In this document: positions 23,662 through 33,866 of the stretch, piece by piece
How the letters are laid out: the number at the start of each line of letters is the position of its first letter
Numbering within the stretch: position 1 is the first letter of the stretch
IMG/VR virus record: IMGVR_UViG_3300037478_000238
Location: 1-55,206 of that record
Length of the DNA stretch: 55,206 nucleotides
Reading direction: 5' to 3' (one strand)
Source of the DNA: a virus
Taxonomy: Duplodnaviria > Caudoviricetes
Made by a program: the position numbers and the translations under genes
Notes under the pieces: generated by a model
What the model was told of the DNA's origin: nothing
The model's input: the letters and a program-made list of their open reading frames with translations, nothing else
Database searches by the model: none

Positions 23662-25347
23662 ATGGCTTTTGTCATCCCAGAAGACCTTGCAGTCTTCAGC
23701 ACCGAAGGACTCAGCGACCTTCGCCGGGTAGCCGCTGCCGAGCGGGACGAGCTACGCGCCTCAACCACCGCCGATGCCATCACCGACGAGCAACTGGACC
23801 GGCTGGAAACCCTGGTCGCGTTCATCGGCACCGCCGATGAGGAGATCACGGGCCGACAGGCACGCCAGGCCCGGTTCGACGCCACCGCACCGCCGCCGGC
23901 GCCAGAACCAGCCCCCGCCTCTGAACCTGAGCCCGAGCCTGAGCCGGTCACCGCCAGCGGCGACCCGGAACCCGCGCCAGACAGTGGACAGGATGAGCCA
24001 CCGGCGCAACCAGCCCCGGCAACCCGGGTGGACGTGGCGGCCCTGGCCGCCGGCAGTGACGGGACAACCGGCACCGCCGACGCCCTGCCGCCGTCCGCGT
24101 TCGGTGACCATGTCATCGTCGCCGCAGCCGACATCCCCGGCGTCACCACCGGAGCCGAGCTGGACAGCTGGGATGCGGTAGCCACCGCATTCGTCAACCG
24201 GACCCGGGCCTACTCCGGACGCACCCCGACCCGGCACGCCGTGGCCGAGATCCAGCGCCGGTTCGGCACCGAGTTCACCATCACCCAGGCCGAATCCCGA
24301 GACAAGGTCGCGGCAAACAACAAGCTTCAGCATGTGATGAATGAGGCCCGACTTCCGGGCGGCTCGCTGCTTGCGGCCAACGGGTGGTGCTCCCCATCGG
24401 AGAACCTGTACACCACCTGTAACCAGATCGGCACCGATGGCATGTGGTCTGGTCCGGAGGTGTCCGCGCCACGAGGTGGGATCAACCACAACCAGGGCAT
24501 CGAGTTCGATGCGGTGTTCGGTGACGGCTCCGGGTTCACGATCATGACCGAGGATGACGTGATCTCCGGAGAGGTGAAGACCTGCCGCGAGGTCCCATGC
24601 CCGCCGTTTGTGGACGACCGGCTGAAGATCAGCGCCCTGTGCCTGACCGGCAGCATCCTGCAGAACCGCACCTACCCGGAGTTCGTCTCCGAGTTCATCC
24701 AGGGCTTCATGGCCGTGGGCGCCCACAACCTCAACCGGCAGATCATCGCCGATGTGGTTGCCGGCTCCACCGCCGTGGACCTGACCGCTGCTGCCCCATG
24801 GAACAGCGACTCGTCAGTGGTCAGCCAGACCCTGTCGGCCGTTGCCCACGCCATCGTGGACATCAAGTACCGGCTGCGGCTGCCCCAGTCCAGCACCCTG
24901 GAAGTGGTGCTGCCGTTCTGGGTCATCGAGCAGTACCGGGCCGACTACATCCGTCGCAACGGGGTGAGCGACCCGAACCTGGCCGACGCCCAGCTGGCCG
25001 CCTGGTTCGCCACCCGTAGCGCCCGGGCGCAGTACGTCTACGACTGGCAGGACGCCTTCTCCGACTCCGGGGTCGGCTACGGGGCCGACGACGCCCTGAC
25101 AACCGTGCCCACGTCGGTGGACTTCCTGGTCTACCCGGCCGGCACCTGGGTCCTGGCCCGGCTGGACGTGATCCGGCTCGACTCCGTCTACGACAGCGTC
25201 AACCTGCCGCAGAACCTGGTCACCCAGCTGTTCATGGAAGACGGATTCCGGGCAATGCGCATGTGCCCACTGTCGCGGGTGTACACGGTGCCGATCTGCC
25301 CAACCGGCCACACCTCCGACCTTCAGACGGTCAGCTGCGGATCGTAA
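23662..25347 (+). CDS. Major capsid (hexamer) protein
   Basis: Scaffold-like N-terminus, then L.A.GWCSPSE..Y, RGG, KTC.EVPCP.F, YPE, QYVYDWQ, YPAGTW as in cluster-B-like capsids. Confidence 0.85.
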   Translation: MAFVIPEDLAVFSTEGLSDLRRVAAAERDELRASTTADAITDEQLDRLETLVAFIGTADEEITGRQARQARFDATAPPPAPEPAPASEPEPEPEPVTASGDPEPAPDSGQDEPPAQPAPATRVDVAALAAGSDGTTGTADALPPSAFGDHVIVAAADIPGVTTGAELDSWDAVATAFVNRTRAYSGRTPTRHAVAEIQRRFGTEFTITQAESRDKVAANNKLQHVMNEARLPGGSLLAANGWCSPSENLYTTCNQIGTDGMWSGPEVSAPRGGINHNQGIEFDAVFGDGSGFTIMTEDDVISGEVKTCREVPCPPFVDDRLKISALCLTGSILQNRTYPEFVSEFIQGFMAVGAHNLNRQIIADVVAGSTAVDLTAAAPWNSDSSVVSQTLSAVAHAIVDIKYRLRLPQSSTLEVVLPFWVIEQYRADYIRRNGVSDPNLADAQLAAWFATRSARAQYVYDWQDAFSDSGVGYGADDALTTVPTSVDFLVYPAGTWVLARLDVIRLDSVYDSVNLPQNLVTQLFMEDGFRAMRMCPLSRVYTVPICPTGHTSDLQTVSCGS

Positions 25348-25353
25348 CGATGA

Positions 25354-25391
25354 GCATGGCCCCGGGTTCCGCACCAGACCCGGGGCCATGC
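25354..25391 (+). terminator. 14-bp hairpin between the two capsid genes
   Basis: GCATGGCCCCGGGT/ACCCGGGGCCATGC. Confidence 0.7.
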
Positions 25392-25413
25392 CCACCTCAT
25401 GAAGGAGGTTGAT

Positions 25414-26259
25414 GTGGCAGTCCTGACCGGACCGGTGTACGTACCGAACCCGACTCCGCAGACCCTGCGGTACGGGCTGTTCACCGTTGCCACAGGCCCC
25501 CTGGACCTGCCGCCCCACGGCGGTGACGGCGGCATCGTCTACCTGTCGAACTCCTGCGGCATCGCAGAAGGTTTCGAGGCGCTGTGCATCGCCGACTCGG
25601 GTAACCCGACCAAGGGTCCGTTCACCGATGGCATGTCCAACACACAGGCCACCCCATTCGCGGTGGTGGCCGGGTTTGAATGTGCGGCTGTGGGCCTGTC
25701 GACCCAGGAGCGGGAACAGTTCGCGTTCGAGAAACTGAAGGCCGGCGAGCAGGCTGCGGTGGAGGACATTTTCAGCCGGGGCACGTTCGGCCAGTCCCCG
25801 TCGCTGGCCAACAACACGGTTCCGGCCACGGATGTGGGGCCGGCGGTTGACCTGGTGGAGGCCGTGTCGCAGCTGGAAGCGGCCTTCTACGCCGGGTACG
25901 GGTACGGCGGTGTGATCCATCTGCCGCACGCGGGCTCCGCGTTTGCGGAAGCTGCTCCGGTGATGTCGATGCAGGGCCGGCTGTGGCGTACTGCGGCCGG
26001 TTCGGTGGTTTCGATCGGGAACTACGCCGGGTTGTCCCCGGCTGGTGCGGCCCCGGCGGCGGGTAGTACCTGGATCTATATCACCCCTGCTGTGACGATC
26101 TGGCGTGCCCCGGACACGGCTGTGTTCATCTCGCCGATCGAGGGCGCCCTGGACCGGAGCACAAACGAAGTGACCATGTTCGCTGAACGTGAATACGTTG
26201 TGGCGTACGACAACTGTCCCATTTTCGCCACCCAGACCACTCTCGCGGAAGGTTCGTAA
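25414..26259 (+). CDS. Major capsid pentamer protein
   Basis: GTG after AAGGAGG; YGLF, PF.V.AG..C, EQAAVE, N....AEREY.V; follows the hexamer gene. Confidence 0.78.
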   Translation: MAVLTGPVYVPNPTPQTLRYGLFTVATGPLDLPPHGGDGGIVYLSNSCGIAEGFEALCIADSGNPTKGPFTDGMSNTQATPFAVVAGFECAAVGLSTQEREQFAFEKLKAGEQAAVEDIFSRGTFGQSPSLANNTVPATDVGPAVDLVEAVSQLEAAFYAGYGYGGVIHLPHAGSAFAEAAPVMSMQGRLWRTAAGSVVSIGNYAGLSPAGAAPAAGSTWIYITPAVTIWRAPDTAVFISPIEGALDRSTNEVTMFAEREYVVAYDNCPIFATQTTLAEGS

Positions 26260-26951
26260 TGCCTGCCATCTGCTACTCCGTGCTCAGGGTCCCCAGGGTC
26301 CGGGCCACTCTGCTGGACGCGTGCGGCGAACCCGAGGTGGGCTCGTGCGTACAGGTGGTCGCTGGCGGTATCACCAGCATCGCCGAAACCCGGGAACAGA
26401 ACGACCGTCAGGACTTCTTCACACTCGACGCTGATGGTCAGGCGTGTGTCACCGACACCAGCCCACCGATCCTGAAGTGGCTGAACCTGACCCTGTCGTT
26501 CTGCCGGGTGGACCCGGAGCTGTTCAACATGCTCACCGGGGAGCCACTGGTGCTGGACGGGGCGGGTAACGCGGTCGGGTTCCGCACCCGGGAAGGCTCG
26601 GTGGACACGGTCAACTTCGCCCTGGAGGCGTGGACCCGGATTTCCGGAGCCAGTGCCTGCGGCGAGAGCGGCAACGTCCGGTTCGGGTATGTGCTGTACC
26701 CGTGGGTGGTGGAGGGTGTCACCGGGGACCTGAGCCTGGAAAACGGCCTGGCCACTTTTACGGTGACCGCCCGTACCCGCAACGAGTCCCAGTGGGGGAC
26801 CGGGCCGTACAACGTGGTCCTGAACGACGCCAGCGCCCCGTCGCCACTACTGGTACCGATTGCCAGCGGTGACCATCGCCATCTTCAGATGACCGAGCTG
26901 GCACCGCCTGAGGCAGCCTGCGGCTGTGGGCCAAGCCCCGGCTGCTCGTAA
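26259..26951 (+). CDS. Major tail protein
   Basis: R.T.LDACG, FC.VDP.L, FALE.W, WG.GPY.V. Confidence 0.8.
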   Translation: MPAICYSVLRVPRVRATLLDACGEPEVGSCVQVVAGGITSIAETREQNDRQDFFTLDADGQACVTDTSPPILKWLNLTLSFCRVDPELFNMLTGEPLVLDGAGNAVGFRTREGSVDTVNFALEAWTRISGASACGESGNVRFGYVLYPWVVEGVTGDLSLENGLATFTVTARTRNESQWGTGPYNVVLNDASAPSPLLVPIASGDHRHLQMTELAPPEAACGCGPSPGCS

Positions 26952-26956
26952 CAGCT

Positions 26957-27865
26957 ATGCGGTTGTTCCTGCTGGGAGCAACCAGGCCCGGCCAGTGGAA
27001 GTGCGATGTCGCTGACGCTGGCCGGGCCTTAGGGTGGCAGGTCACCCACCAGCTGGACCGGGATGTCTCCTGTGACGAGGTGGTGCGGCTGGCCACCGGG
27101 CATGACCTGTTCCTGTGGGCCAGGACTCACGGAAAGCAGCCGTCTGGCAACATCGCGATCATGATCAGCCGACTGCGTGGGCTGTCAATCCCCACCGTGG
27201 GTTTGCACCTGGACCTGTACCATGGCCTGACGCATCGGGACTCTCGTGTGGGCCGTGACCCTTGGTGGTCCATGGACTACATGTTCACGGCCGATGGTGG
27301 GCACCAGAAGTGGTTCCGTGACCGGGGGGTGAACCACTTCTGGTGCCCACCAGCTATGGGCCTGGCCCGGTTGGGTAGGGGCCGGGTGGTGCCGGAACTG
27401 TCGAGCCGGGTGGCGTTCACTGGCCGGTTGACTTCGTTTCATGGCCGGCACCGCCGGGACCTGCTGGTGTGGGCCAGGCGCACCTTCGGTAAGGGTTTTG
27501 TCCAGTATGTGCCACCTAACAACGGCATCTACGGCGCCCGTTTAAACGACCTGTGCGCCAGCGCCTGGGTGATGGTCGGGGACTCGGCCCCATCTGGTTG
27601 GTACTGGTCTGATCGGATACCAACTACCATGGGTAGGGGTGGTATGTTAGCTCATCCCCGGACCCCGGGGTTGAGTGACCAGGGCTTCACCAAGGAGAAC
27701 ATGATCCTGTATGACCGGTTCAACTTCCAGGAGCTGGCGCGCCAAATCAGTGACCTCACCGAGCAGGACCGAAAAGACCGCACCGAGGCGGCCCTGGCCC
27801 TCATCGCAGACAGACACCTCTGGACTCACCGACTTGTCCGCATTGCCGAAACTGTCCTCAGGTGA
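26957..27865 (+). CDS. Glycosyltransferase (GT-B, CgeB-like)
   Basis: VAF.G, YG..LN.L.AS, YWSDR....GRGG.L.HP, H.W.HR. Confidence 0.8.
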   Translation: MRLFLLGATRPGQWKCDVADAGRALGWQVTHQLDRDVSCDEVVRLATGHDLFLWARTHGKQPSGNIAIMISRLRGLSIPTVGLHLDLYHGLTHRDSRVGRDPWWSMDYMFTADGGHQKWFRDRGVNHFWCPPAMGLARLGRGRVVPELSSRVAFTGRLTSFHGRHRRDLLVWARRTFGKGFVQYVPPNNGIYGARLNDLCASAWVMVGDSAPSGWYWSDRIPTTMGRGGMLAHPRTPGLSDQGFTKENMILYDRFNFQELARQISDLTEQDRKDRTEAALALIADRHLWTHRLVRIAETVLR

Positions 27866-28508
27866 CACCAGGGTCATCATCGCCTGTGCCGGCCGGGTTC
27901 CTGATCTGAAATGGAACAACTATCTCGGGGTGCCCAAGCACCTAGTTCCAGTCAACGGTGTCCCGCTGCTACACCGGACCGTGGAACAGTTCTGGGACGC
28001 TGACGAAACCTACATCATCCATCCCCCTGGGCAGTTCAGCGCTTACCACGTAGCTGACGCCATCATGGTTGAAGCTGATGGTGAAAACGAGTACGTCAAC
28101 AGCCAGCCCTGGTGGAACCCGAACGGACGTACCATCCTGTTGCTCGGAGACGTGTACTTCAGCGCTACCGCAGTTGTACGGATCATGGCCGAGAAACGCA
28201 ACCAGGTCACCTGGTTTGGCCGGTTCGGGGCCAGCAAGGTAACCGGAACCCGGTACGGGGAAATCTTCGCTGTCAGCTGGACCTGGGTCCAGCATCCAAT
28301 GCTCGGAAAACACCTACTGAGGGTGATCAACTCCCCGACGATCAAACGTCCACCGGGCTGGAAACTGTACCGGTCGATCCATGGTGGCGACATGGGTACG
28401 CATCGCTACTTCGGCCTACAAACCTGGACAGAGATCAACGACGAAACCGATGACTTCGACTTCCCCAAGGATTACGAACGCCACCCGGCAGTGAGGAGAG
28501 GGCGATGA
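27843..28508 (+). CDS. Sugar nucleotidyltransferase-like protein (start uncertain)
   Basis: IIACAG...W....PKHL..VNG.PLL.RT, LLGDVYF, DDFDFP.DY. Confidence 0.7.
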   Translation: MPKLSSGDTRVIIACAGRVPDLKWNNYLGVPKHLVPVNGVPLLHRTVEQFWDADETYIIHPPGQFSAYHVADAIMVEADGENEYVNSQPWWNPNGRTILLLGDVYFSATAVVRIMAEKRNQVTWFGRFGASKVTGTRYGEIFAVSWTWVQHPMLGKHLLRVINSPTIKRPPGWKLYRSIHGGDMGTHRYFGLQTWTEINDETDDFDFPKDYERHPAVRRGR

Positions 28509-29179
28509 GCAGGTTCCTGATCGTCGGCACCGGCCGCTCCGGTACCCGGTTCATGTCCCACCTGATGCGCTCGGCGGGGATTAACTGCGGACATGAAAGC
28601 GTGTACACGCTCAAGTTCGCCACCCAAAATGCTCCCAGCCGGGACCGGCGGCCGAGCTGGGGTAACTATGAGGCGGACTCTTCCTGGCTGGCGGTCCCGT
28701 ATCTGGACCGGCTGGACATACCGTCGATCCAGGTTGTTCGGCACCCCTTGGCCACCGTCCAGTCCATGTTGGAGTTGGGCTGGTTCAGTGGCCAGCGACG
28801 CAACGTGATCCCCCAGATCATCTTCAGTTCCAGGCCCGAGATCCGGTATGAGAAGACCCGGCCGGACAAATGCCTGGCCTTCTGGATCTACTGGAACCAG
28901 ACCGCGCAGATGTACGCCCGGCGATGGTTCTCCCTGGAACACTTCAACTACTGGGACATGAAAATGCTCCTTGGAGAGGTAGGGCAACCGGCGGACAGGA
29001 AAGTGGACTGGAACGTGATGGAGAAGCTGGCTGATGATCCGGTAGCCACCAACAAGAAGCCGAAAGACGAGCGGGAACCCTGGGACATCACCTGGGACAG
29101 CTTCCGGCCACGGTTGAAGAAAATCGCCCGGAGGATGGCCGTGGACTTCGGCTGCCCCGCCACCTGGAGGGACCAGTGA
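28505..29179 (+). CDS. Sulfotransferase-like P-loop protein
   Basis: IVGTGRSGT, HE, VRHP...S PAPS-binding-like motifs. Confidence 0.72.
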   Translation: MSRFLIVGTGRSGTRFMSHLMRSAGINCGHESVYTLKFATQNAPSRDRRPSWGNYEADSSWLAVPYLDRLDIPSIQVVRHPLATVQSMLELGWFSGQRRNVIPQIIFSSRPEIRYEKTRPDKCLAFWIYWNQTAQMYARRWFSLEHFNYWDMKMLLGEVGQPADRKVDWNVMEKLADDPVATNKKPKDEREPWDITWDSFRPRLKKIARRMAVDFGCPATWRDQ

Positions 29180-29850
29180 CGAAAACCGGCCTGGAAACCT
29201 ACCTGGACCTGGAAGCCAGTATGAACACGTTCGGTAACCGCGAACACGAACAGTTCCCGTTCGGGGTGCGGATGTGGAAGACCAGGCAGGACATGGCCCG
29301 GTATGAGGCCGTCATCAGGAACGCGAAGCCGGAAATGGTGGTGGAGACCGGCACCAAGTGGGGTGGTTCCGCTCTGTGGTTCGCCAGCCTTGGCCTGAGC
29401 GTCGTCACTGTGGATGTCAACTTAGACCCGTCCCGTACCGCCCACGCAATCGCTGGTCATCAAGGCTTCAAGATCCGGTGGGTGCGGGGCAGCAGCACCG
29501 CCCCAGAGACATTCAACCTGGTGCAGAAGCTGGTCCGGGGCAAGCGGGTCATGGTGTCGCTGGACTCCGACCACCACAAGAGGCACGTGATGAACGAGAT
29601 CGCCCTGTACGGGACCCTGGTGACGCCCCACCAGTACCTGGTGGTTGAGGATGGGATCTTCGACCTGGCCGGGACCCGGGGGCGACGTGGTGGCAAGCGC
29701 ATCCCCGCCGAGGGTGGACCGTTGGCCGCGATCAACGAAATGCTGGTGGTCAACAACGACCCGGCGTTCTGGTTCGACCGGGACACGCGGGTGGAGAAGA
29801 TGTCCCCGGTGACGCACCACCCGGCCGGTTGGTGGTGGAGGGTCGAATGA
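29176..29850 (+). CDS. CmcI-family SAM-dependent O-methyltransferase
   Basis: P..VVETGT..GGSA, VMVSLDSDH..HV..E..Y, YLVVED. Confidence 0.85.
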   Translation: MTKTGLETYLDLEASMNTFGNREHEQFPFGVRMWKTRQDMARYEAVIRNAKPEMVVETGTKWGGSALWFASLGLSVVTVDVNLDPSRTAHAIAGHQGFKIRWVRGSSTAPETFNLVQKLVRGKRVMVSLDSDHHKRHVMNEIALYGTLVTPHQYLVVEDGIFDLAGTRGRRGGKRIPAEGGPLAAINEMLVVNNDPAFWFDRDTRVEKMSPVTHHPAGWWWRVE

Positions 29851-30578
29851 TCAAGGCGGTAGTAGCAATCCCCACCAGGGGGCGACCTGGGAACATCGCC
29901 AAGGTAGTCAGAGCGTGGCGTAAGACACGGGCGTTTCAGGGTACCGACATGTTACTTGGCATTGACCAAGACGACCCCGAGTATCGGAACTATGTGGATC
30001 TGGTGATGAAGGTTAACGAGCCTGGTTTTGATTTCATCACCTTTGAGTCGTGGCGGCCAATGGTGACCAAACTTAACGTCATGGCCAACTACCTAGCGGA
30101 AACAGACTTATTCATAGGGTTCGCTGGTGACGACCACATTCCACGTATCAACCATTCCTCAGGGTGCTGGTCTGACTTGTACCAGGCCAAGTTAACGGAC
30201 ATGGGTACCGGCATTGTATACGGCAACGATCTACACCGACAGGGCACCCTGTGTACAGAATGGATGATGACGGCAGACATTATCCGTGCACTGGGTCGAA
30301 TGGTACCGGCTCCGGTAGACCACTTGTTCAGTGACCGGTCGGTGATGGAACTGGGAAAGCAGGCGGGCTGTATCCAGTACCTGCCAAACGTGGTCATCGA
30401 ACATATGCACTACCAGGCCGGAAAAGCCAACAAGGACGCCACGTACCAGCTGTTCAACACCAAGGAGAACTTCCTCAGGGAGCAGAAGATTTACTGGGAA
30501 TGGATGCAGCGTCAGCTCCCTGAGCAGTCAGCCATGGTTCGTGCGCTGAGACCGGAACGGGATACAAAGTGGGGATGA
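29847..30578 (+). CDS. GT2-like glycosyltransferase
   Basis: IPTRGRP, GDDH, H..D, IEH.H. Confidence 0.78.
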   Translation: MIKAVVAIPTRGRPGNIAKVVRAWRKTRAFQGTDMLLGIDQDDPEYRNYVDLVMKVNEPGFDFITFESWRPMVTKLNVMANYLAETDLFIGFAGDDHIPRINHSSGCWSDLYQAKLTDMGTGIVYGNDLHRQGTLCTEWMMTADIIRALGRMVPAPVDHLFSDRSVMELGKQAGCIQYLPNVVIEHMHYQAGKANKDATYQLFNTKENFLREQKIYWEWMQRQLPEQSAMVRALRPERDTKWG

Positions 30579-31294
30579 TGGCTCCTAGGCTGAGTATTTC
30601 CATAGCCGCCCACGAGAAACGGGAAAACCTGGTGTGGGACCTGGTGGACCGGCTCCGGCTCGCCCGGGAAAACGCGCTCACCTGGTGGACTATTGCCTGG
30701 GACCGGGACGATGACGAATGGGACACTCACCGCCGTGCCTGGTCGAAGTGGCCCGCCACCTCCACCCATCACCTGGTACTCCAGGATGACGCACTGCCCT
30801 GTCGGAACCTGATTCCCGGGCTGGAACAGTGGGTGCTGCCGTACATCGGCGACCGGCCCATTTCCCTGTACTTCGGCAACGCACTGAGCCATCCGAAGAT
30901 CCTTCGGGCCACCAGGCAGGCCAATGACAACAACGCCTCCTGGATCGTGTCCAGCGGGGTTTGGTGGGGGGTGGCCGTACTCCTTCCGGTTAGCCTGATC
31001 CAGCCCATGCTGGAATTCTGCTCGCCACGTCGGGAGCTGTACGACCGGCGGTTGACCATCTGGTGCGAGAACCGGGAACTACTTGTCTACTACCCCTGGC
31101 CTTCCCTGGTAGAGCACCGGGACGAACCCAGCCTGGTCAACCCGGGCCGGCGCCCCGGACGGACAGCCGTCAACTTCGCAGGTGAGGACTTTTCAGCCCT
31201 GGATTTCAACCCAACCGGCCCGGTGGTGCCCTGTGGTCGTGTTTCCAGTGCTCTTTCCACTAGAATTATCAGGAAGATCGCAGGTGAGGACTAA
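30575..31294 (+). CDS. GT-A-fold glycosyltransferase
   Basis: AH..R, LVLQDDALP, GVA, PSLVEH. Confidence 0.72.
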   Translation: MMAPRLSISIAAHEKRENLVWDLVDRLRLARENALTWWTIAWDRDDDEWDTHRRAWSKWPATSTHHLVLQDDALPCRNLIPGLEQWVLPYIGDRPISLYFGNALSHPKILRATRQANDNNASWIVSSGVWWGVAVLLPVSLIQPMLEFCSPRRELYDRRLTIWCENRELLVYYPWPSLVEHRDEPSLVNPGRRPGRTAVNFAGEDFSALDFNPTGPVVPCGRVSSALSTRIIRKIAGED

Positions 31295-31297
31295 GAC

Positions 31298-31732
31298 ATG
31301 GCCGGTTTGACAGATACCGTAGAGCGGGACGTTCTCAACGGCCTGCTCCAGGACCCCCAGTGGGCCGGGTACGCCAGCCTGTGGCTGGCCCTGTCCAGCA
31401 CCACCCCTACCGACGCCGGGGGTAACTTCACCGAACCGTCAGGCGGCGCGTATGCCCGGGTGCAGACCCAGGCCGCCGACTGGGACCCGGCCACCGGCAC
31501 CGCCCCGGCAACCAAGTCCAACAGCGGTACCCTGTCTTTCCCGCAGGCCACCGCCGACTGGTTGGCAGGGGTCGACCTGACCCACGCCGGCCTGTTCGAC
31601 GCCTCCACGGCCGGGAACCTGGTGGCCTTTGGGGCGCTGGCCACTGCTAAGCCGGTCCTGGACACTGACACTGCCTCGTTTGCGGCCGGTGAGCTGACCA
31701 TGCAGCTGGGCGACCCGTCAGACTCATTCTAA
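31298..31732 (+). CDS. Virion structural protein (tail-fibre associated)
   Basis: LAL...P.D.G...E.SGG.YAR, FP.AT.DW, DA.T.GN. Confidence 0.7.
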   Translation: MAGLTDTVERDVLNGLLQDPQWAGYASLWLALSSTTPTDAGGNFTEPSGGAYARVQTQAADWDPATGTAPATKSNSGTLSFPQATADWLAGVDLTHAGLFDASTAGNLVAFGALATAKPVLDTDTASFAAGELTMQLGDPSDSF

Positions 31733-31768
31733 GGAGCCATCGGGCGCCATGGGCGATGAGCGTGTGTC

Positions 31769-33856
31769 ATGGGCCTAGTCGCCGGTGTCGTTGATAACGG
31801 GAACGCGGCAACACTGTCTGCTGCTGCCGGGCAGCGGATCATTTGTGTGGCGTGGAACCGGTCAGGTGCCACCACCTTCGGGGTGACGCCCAACGCAGGC
31901 AGCGGGACCTGGGTGAACCGGCTGGTTGAGGCAACACTGCCCGGTGACGATGCGGCTCGCCGGTCATTGGCCGTGGCCGAGTTGCTGGTGGCTTCCACGG
32001 TGTCTGCCGTGTCATTCACTGCGGCATGGAACATCGGTGACACTGATGCCCTGTGGATGGTGGTTGAGGAGGGTTCTGGTTACGACTTTGCCGACGTGAC
32101 GGTGGCTGACTCAGGTACCAACCTTGTGTCGTCGCTGACTACCGATTCTACTTTGGATATAACTACCGGGGATGTGCTGGCAATCGCAGCCTTGGCATCC
32201 CGTGATGGAGATACTGGCAACGTCACATGGTCGACCACCGACGTCAACCCTTCCTTGGTCGGGGGCGGCTCAATCCTGCTGGATCACTACGGTGGCGTGG
32301 GAACCGGAGGTGGAAACGCTGGAGCGGCCGGGTATCTGGCCGCGACCAGTCAGCCCGAACAGGCTTATGCGGATACGGTGACCTTGCCGGGTGCCGGTGC
32401 GCAGACTCGTCATCTGACCGCCGCACTACTGGTCTGGTCAACCGGTGAAGCGGTCCCGTCGACCACCCCGACAAAAGTCGCCGATAGGGGTTCGGCAGAA
32501 AACCTGACCTCCAGTCAGTCGACAGCGGTGGATCTACCCGCCGGCAGTAGCATCACAGTCGGGAATGTGTTGATAGCCCGGCTGGCGATGGACAACACCG
32601 GCGGCGGTGGTCAGGCTACTGCTGTCACCATCTCCGACCCACGCGGCAATACGTGGACGGTCGGGGAGGCGGCCAACCGGGACCCGGGCGCAGCCAGTGC
32701 TGGAATCTCCTGCCGTATCGCCTATTGCGTGGTGGAGAACGCCTACAGCGACGGCGATGACCTCACGGTCAACTTCGGCAACAACACGGTCGCCGACTCT
32801 ACCGTAGTGGAAGAGTGGGAAAACATTGATCCGGTCGCTCCAGTAGCAGTTGCTCAGGTTGTTAACAATGGCGGCTCAGCTACTCCTTCGGTGACAATCA
32901 CTCCTACTGCTCCGGATCAGTTGACGTATTGTGCGATCGCGATCGAGGGTCCAGCTGGCGACACGTACACCCAGGACTCGGACACCACAAACGGAGCATG
33001 GTCGGGACTAACAAGTCTATCCACCACATCCGGAACAGCAGTCAGCAACGCCACTGTCCGGGGAGCATCAAAGCTAGTCACCGCTGCCGGGGATCAGACG
33101 TGGAATCCCGGTATCACAAACCGGGACTGGGCTGCGGTTGCGATCGTATTTGCTCCGGCCGTACAGGAGGACGTTGACTTCTCCGTGGCGCTTCCTATCG
33201 CTGATGACGCGCAGGGGAACTTGGCTGTTGCCCGGCCCTTGTCATCGTCGTTGGGTAGTGCTGGTGAAATGGCCGGCAACCTGACCGTTGCCAGGTCGTT
33301 CTCCTGCTTACTACCATCAGCGAATAGCCTTCAGGCTTTCCTGGATAGAAATCGACTCCTGTCCTGTAGCCTGTCTAGTGCAAGTGGACTTAGCGGAAGT
33401 CTTTCCATTGTCCGCGCCTTGTCCGGTAACCTACCTAGCGCCGGCGACCTGGTCGGGGATCTAACGGTAGGGACCGTTGGTGCGGTTGACTTCAGCGCCA
33501 CTTCACCTGGTGCTTCTGATATGACCGGCAGTCTGTCAACTGTCCTCGCCCTGGTCGGCAACTTACCCAGTGCCAGTGGGTTGACCGGGGACCTGGCGGT
33601 GGGAACTGTCAACGTAGTTGATTTTAGTGCAAGTTTGCCTATTGCCGGCAGCATGACCATGGCGCTGACGAGGCTACGTTCCATGTCTGCCTCTATGCCT
33701 AACGCCAGTGGTCTAGCCGGGAACCTGGGTACGGGTGCCACTTCTATAGCCGAGCTGACTGGGACTGCCTTGGTACTCGGACTGGCCGGGACTGCCTCGG
33801 TGGTGGGGCTATCTGGTGGGGTAACGGTAAAGGGTCTGGCTGGTACCGTTACGTAG
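31769..33856 (+). CDS. Minor tail / fibre protein with C-terminal repeats
   Basis: T/S/A/G-rich beta domains; recurring VDFS..LP.A....G.L.V units. Confidence 0.65.
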   Translation: MGLVAGVVDNGNAATLSAAAGQRIICVAWNRSGATTFGVTPNAGSGTWVNRLVEATLPGDDAARRSLAVAELLVASTVSAVSFTAAWNIGDTDALWMVVEEGSGYDFADVTVADSGTNLVSSLTTDSTLDITTGDVLAIAALASRDGDTGNVTWSTTDVNPSLVGGGSILLDHYGGVGTGGGNAGAAGYLAATSQPEQAYADTVTLPGAGAQTRHLTAALLVWSTGEAVPSTTPTKVADRGSAENLTSSQSTAVDLPAGSSITVGNVLIARLAMDNTGGGGQATAVTISDPRGNTWTVGEAANRDPGAASAGISCRIAYCVVENAYSDGDDLTVNFGNNTVADSTVVEEWENIDPVAPVAVAQVVNNGGSATPSVTITPTAPDQLTYCAIAIEGPAGDTYTQDSDTTNGAWSGLTSLSTTSGTAVSNATVRGASKLVTAAGDQTWNPGITNRDWAAVAIVFAPAVQEDVDFSVALPIADDAQGNLAVARPLSSSLGSAGEMAGNLTVARSFSCLLPSANSLQAFLDRNRLLSCSLSSASGLSGSLSIVRALSGNLPSAGDLVGDLTVGTVGAVDFSATSPGASDMTGSLSTVLALVGNLPSASGLTGDLAVGTVNVVDFSASLPIAGSMTMALTRLRSMSASMPNASGLAGNLGTGATSIAELTGTALVLGLAGTASVVGLSGGVTVKGLAGTVT

Positions 33857-33866
33857 GAGGTGGGCC

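Noticed and set aside
23448-24197. 320-aa minus-strand ORF
   Set aside because: Mostly the antisense shadow of the capsid gene; only the last 70 aa (DUF397) look real.
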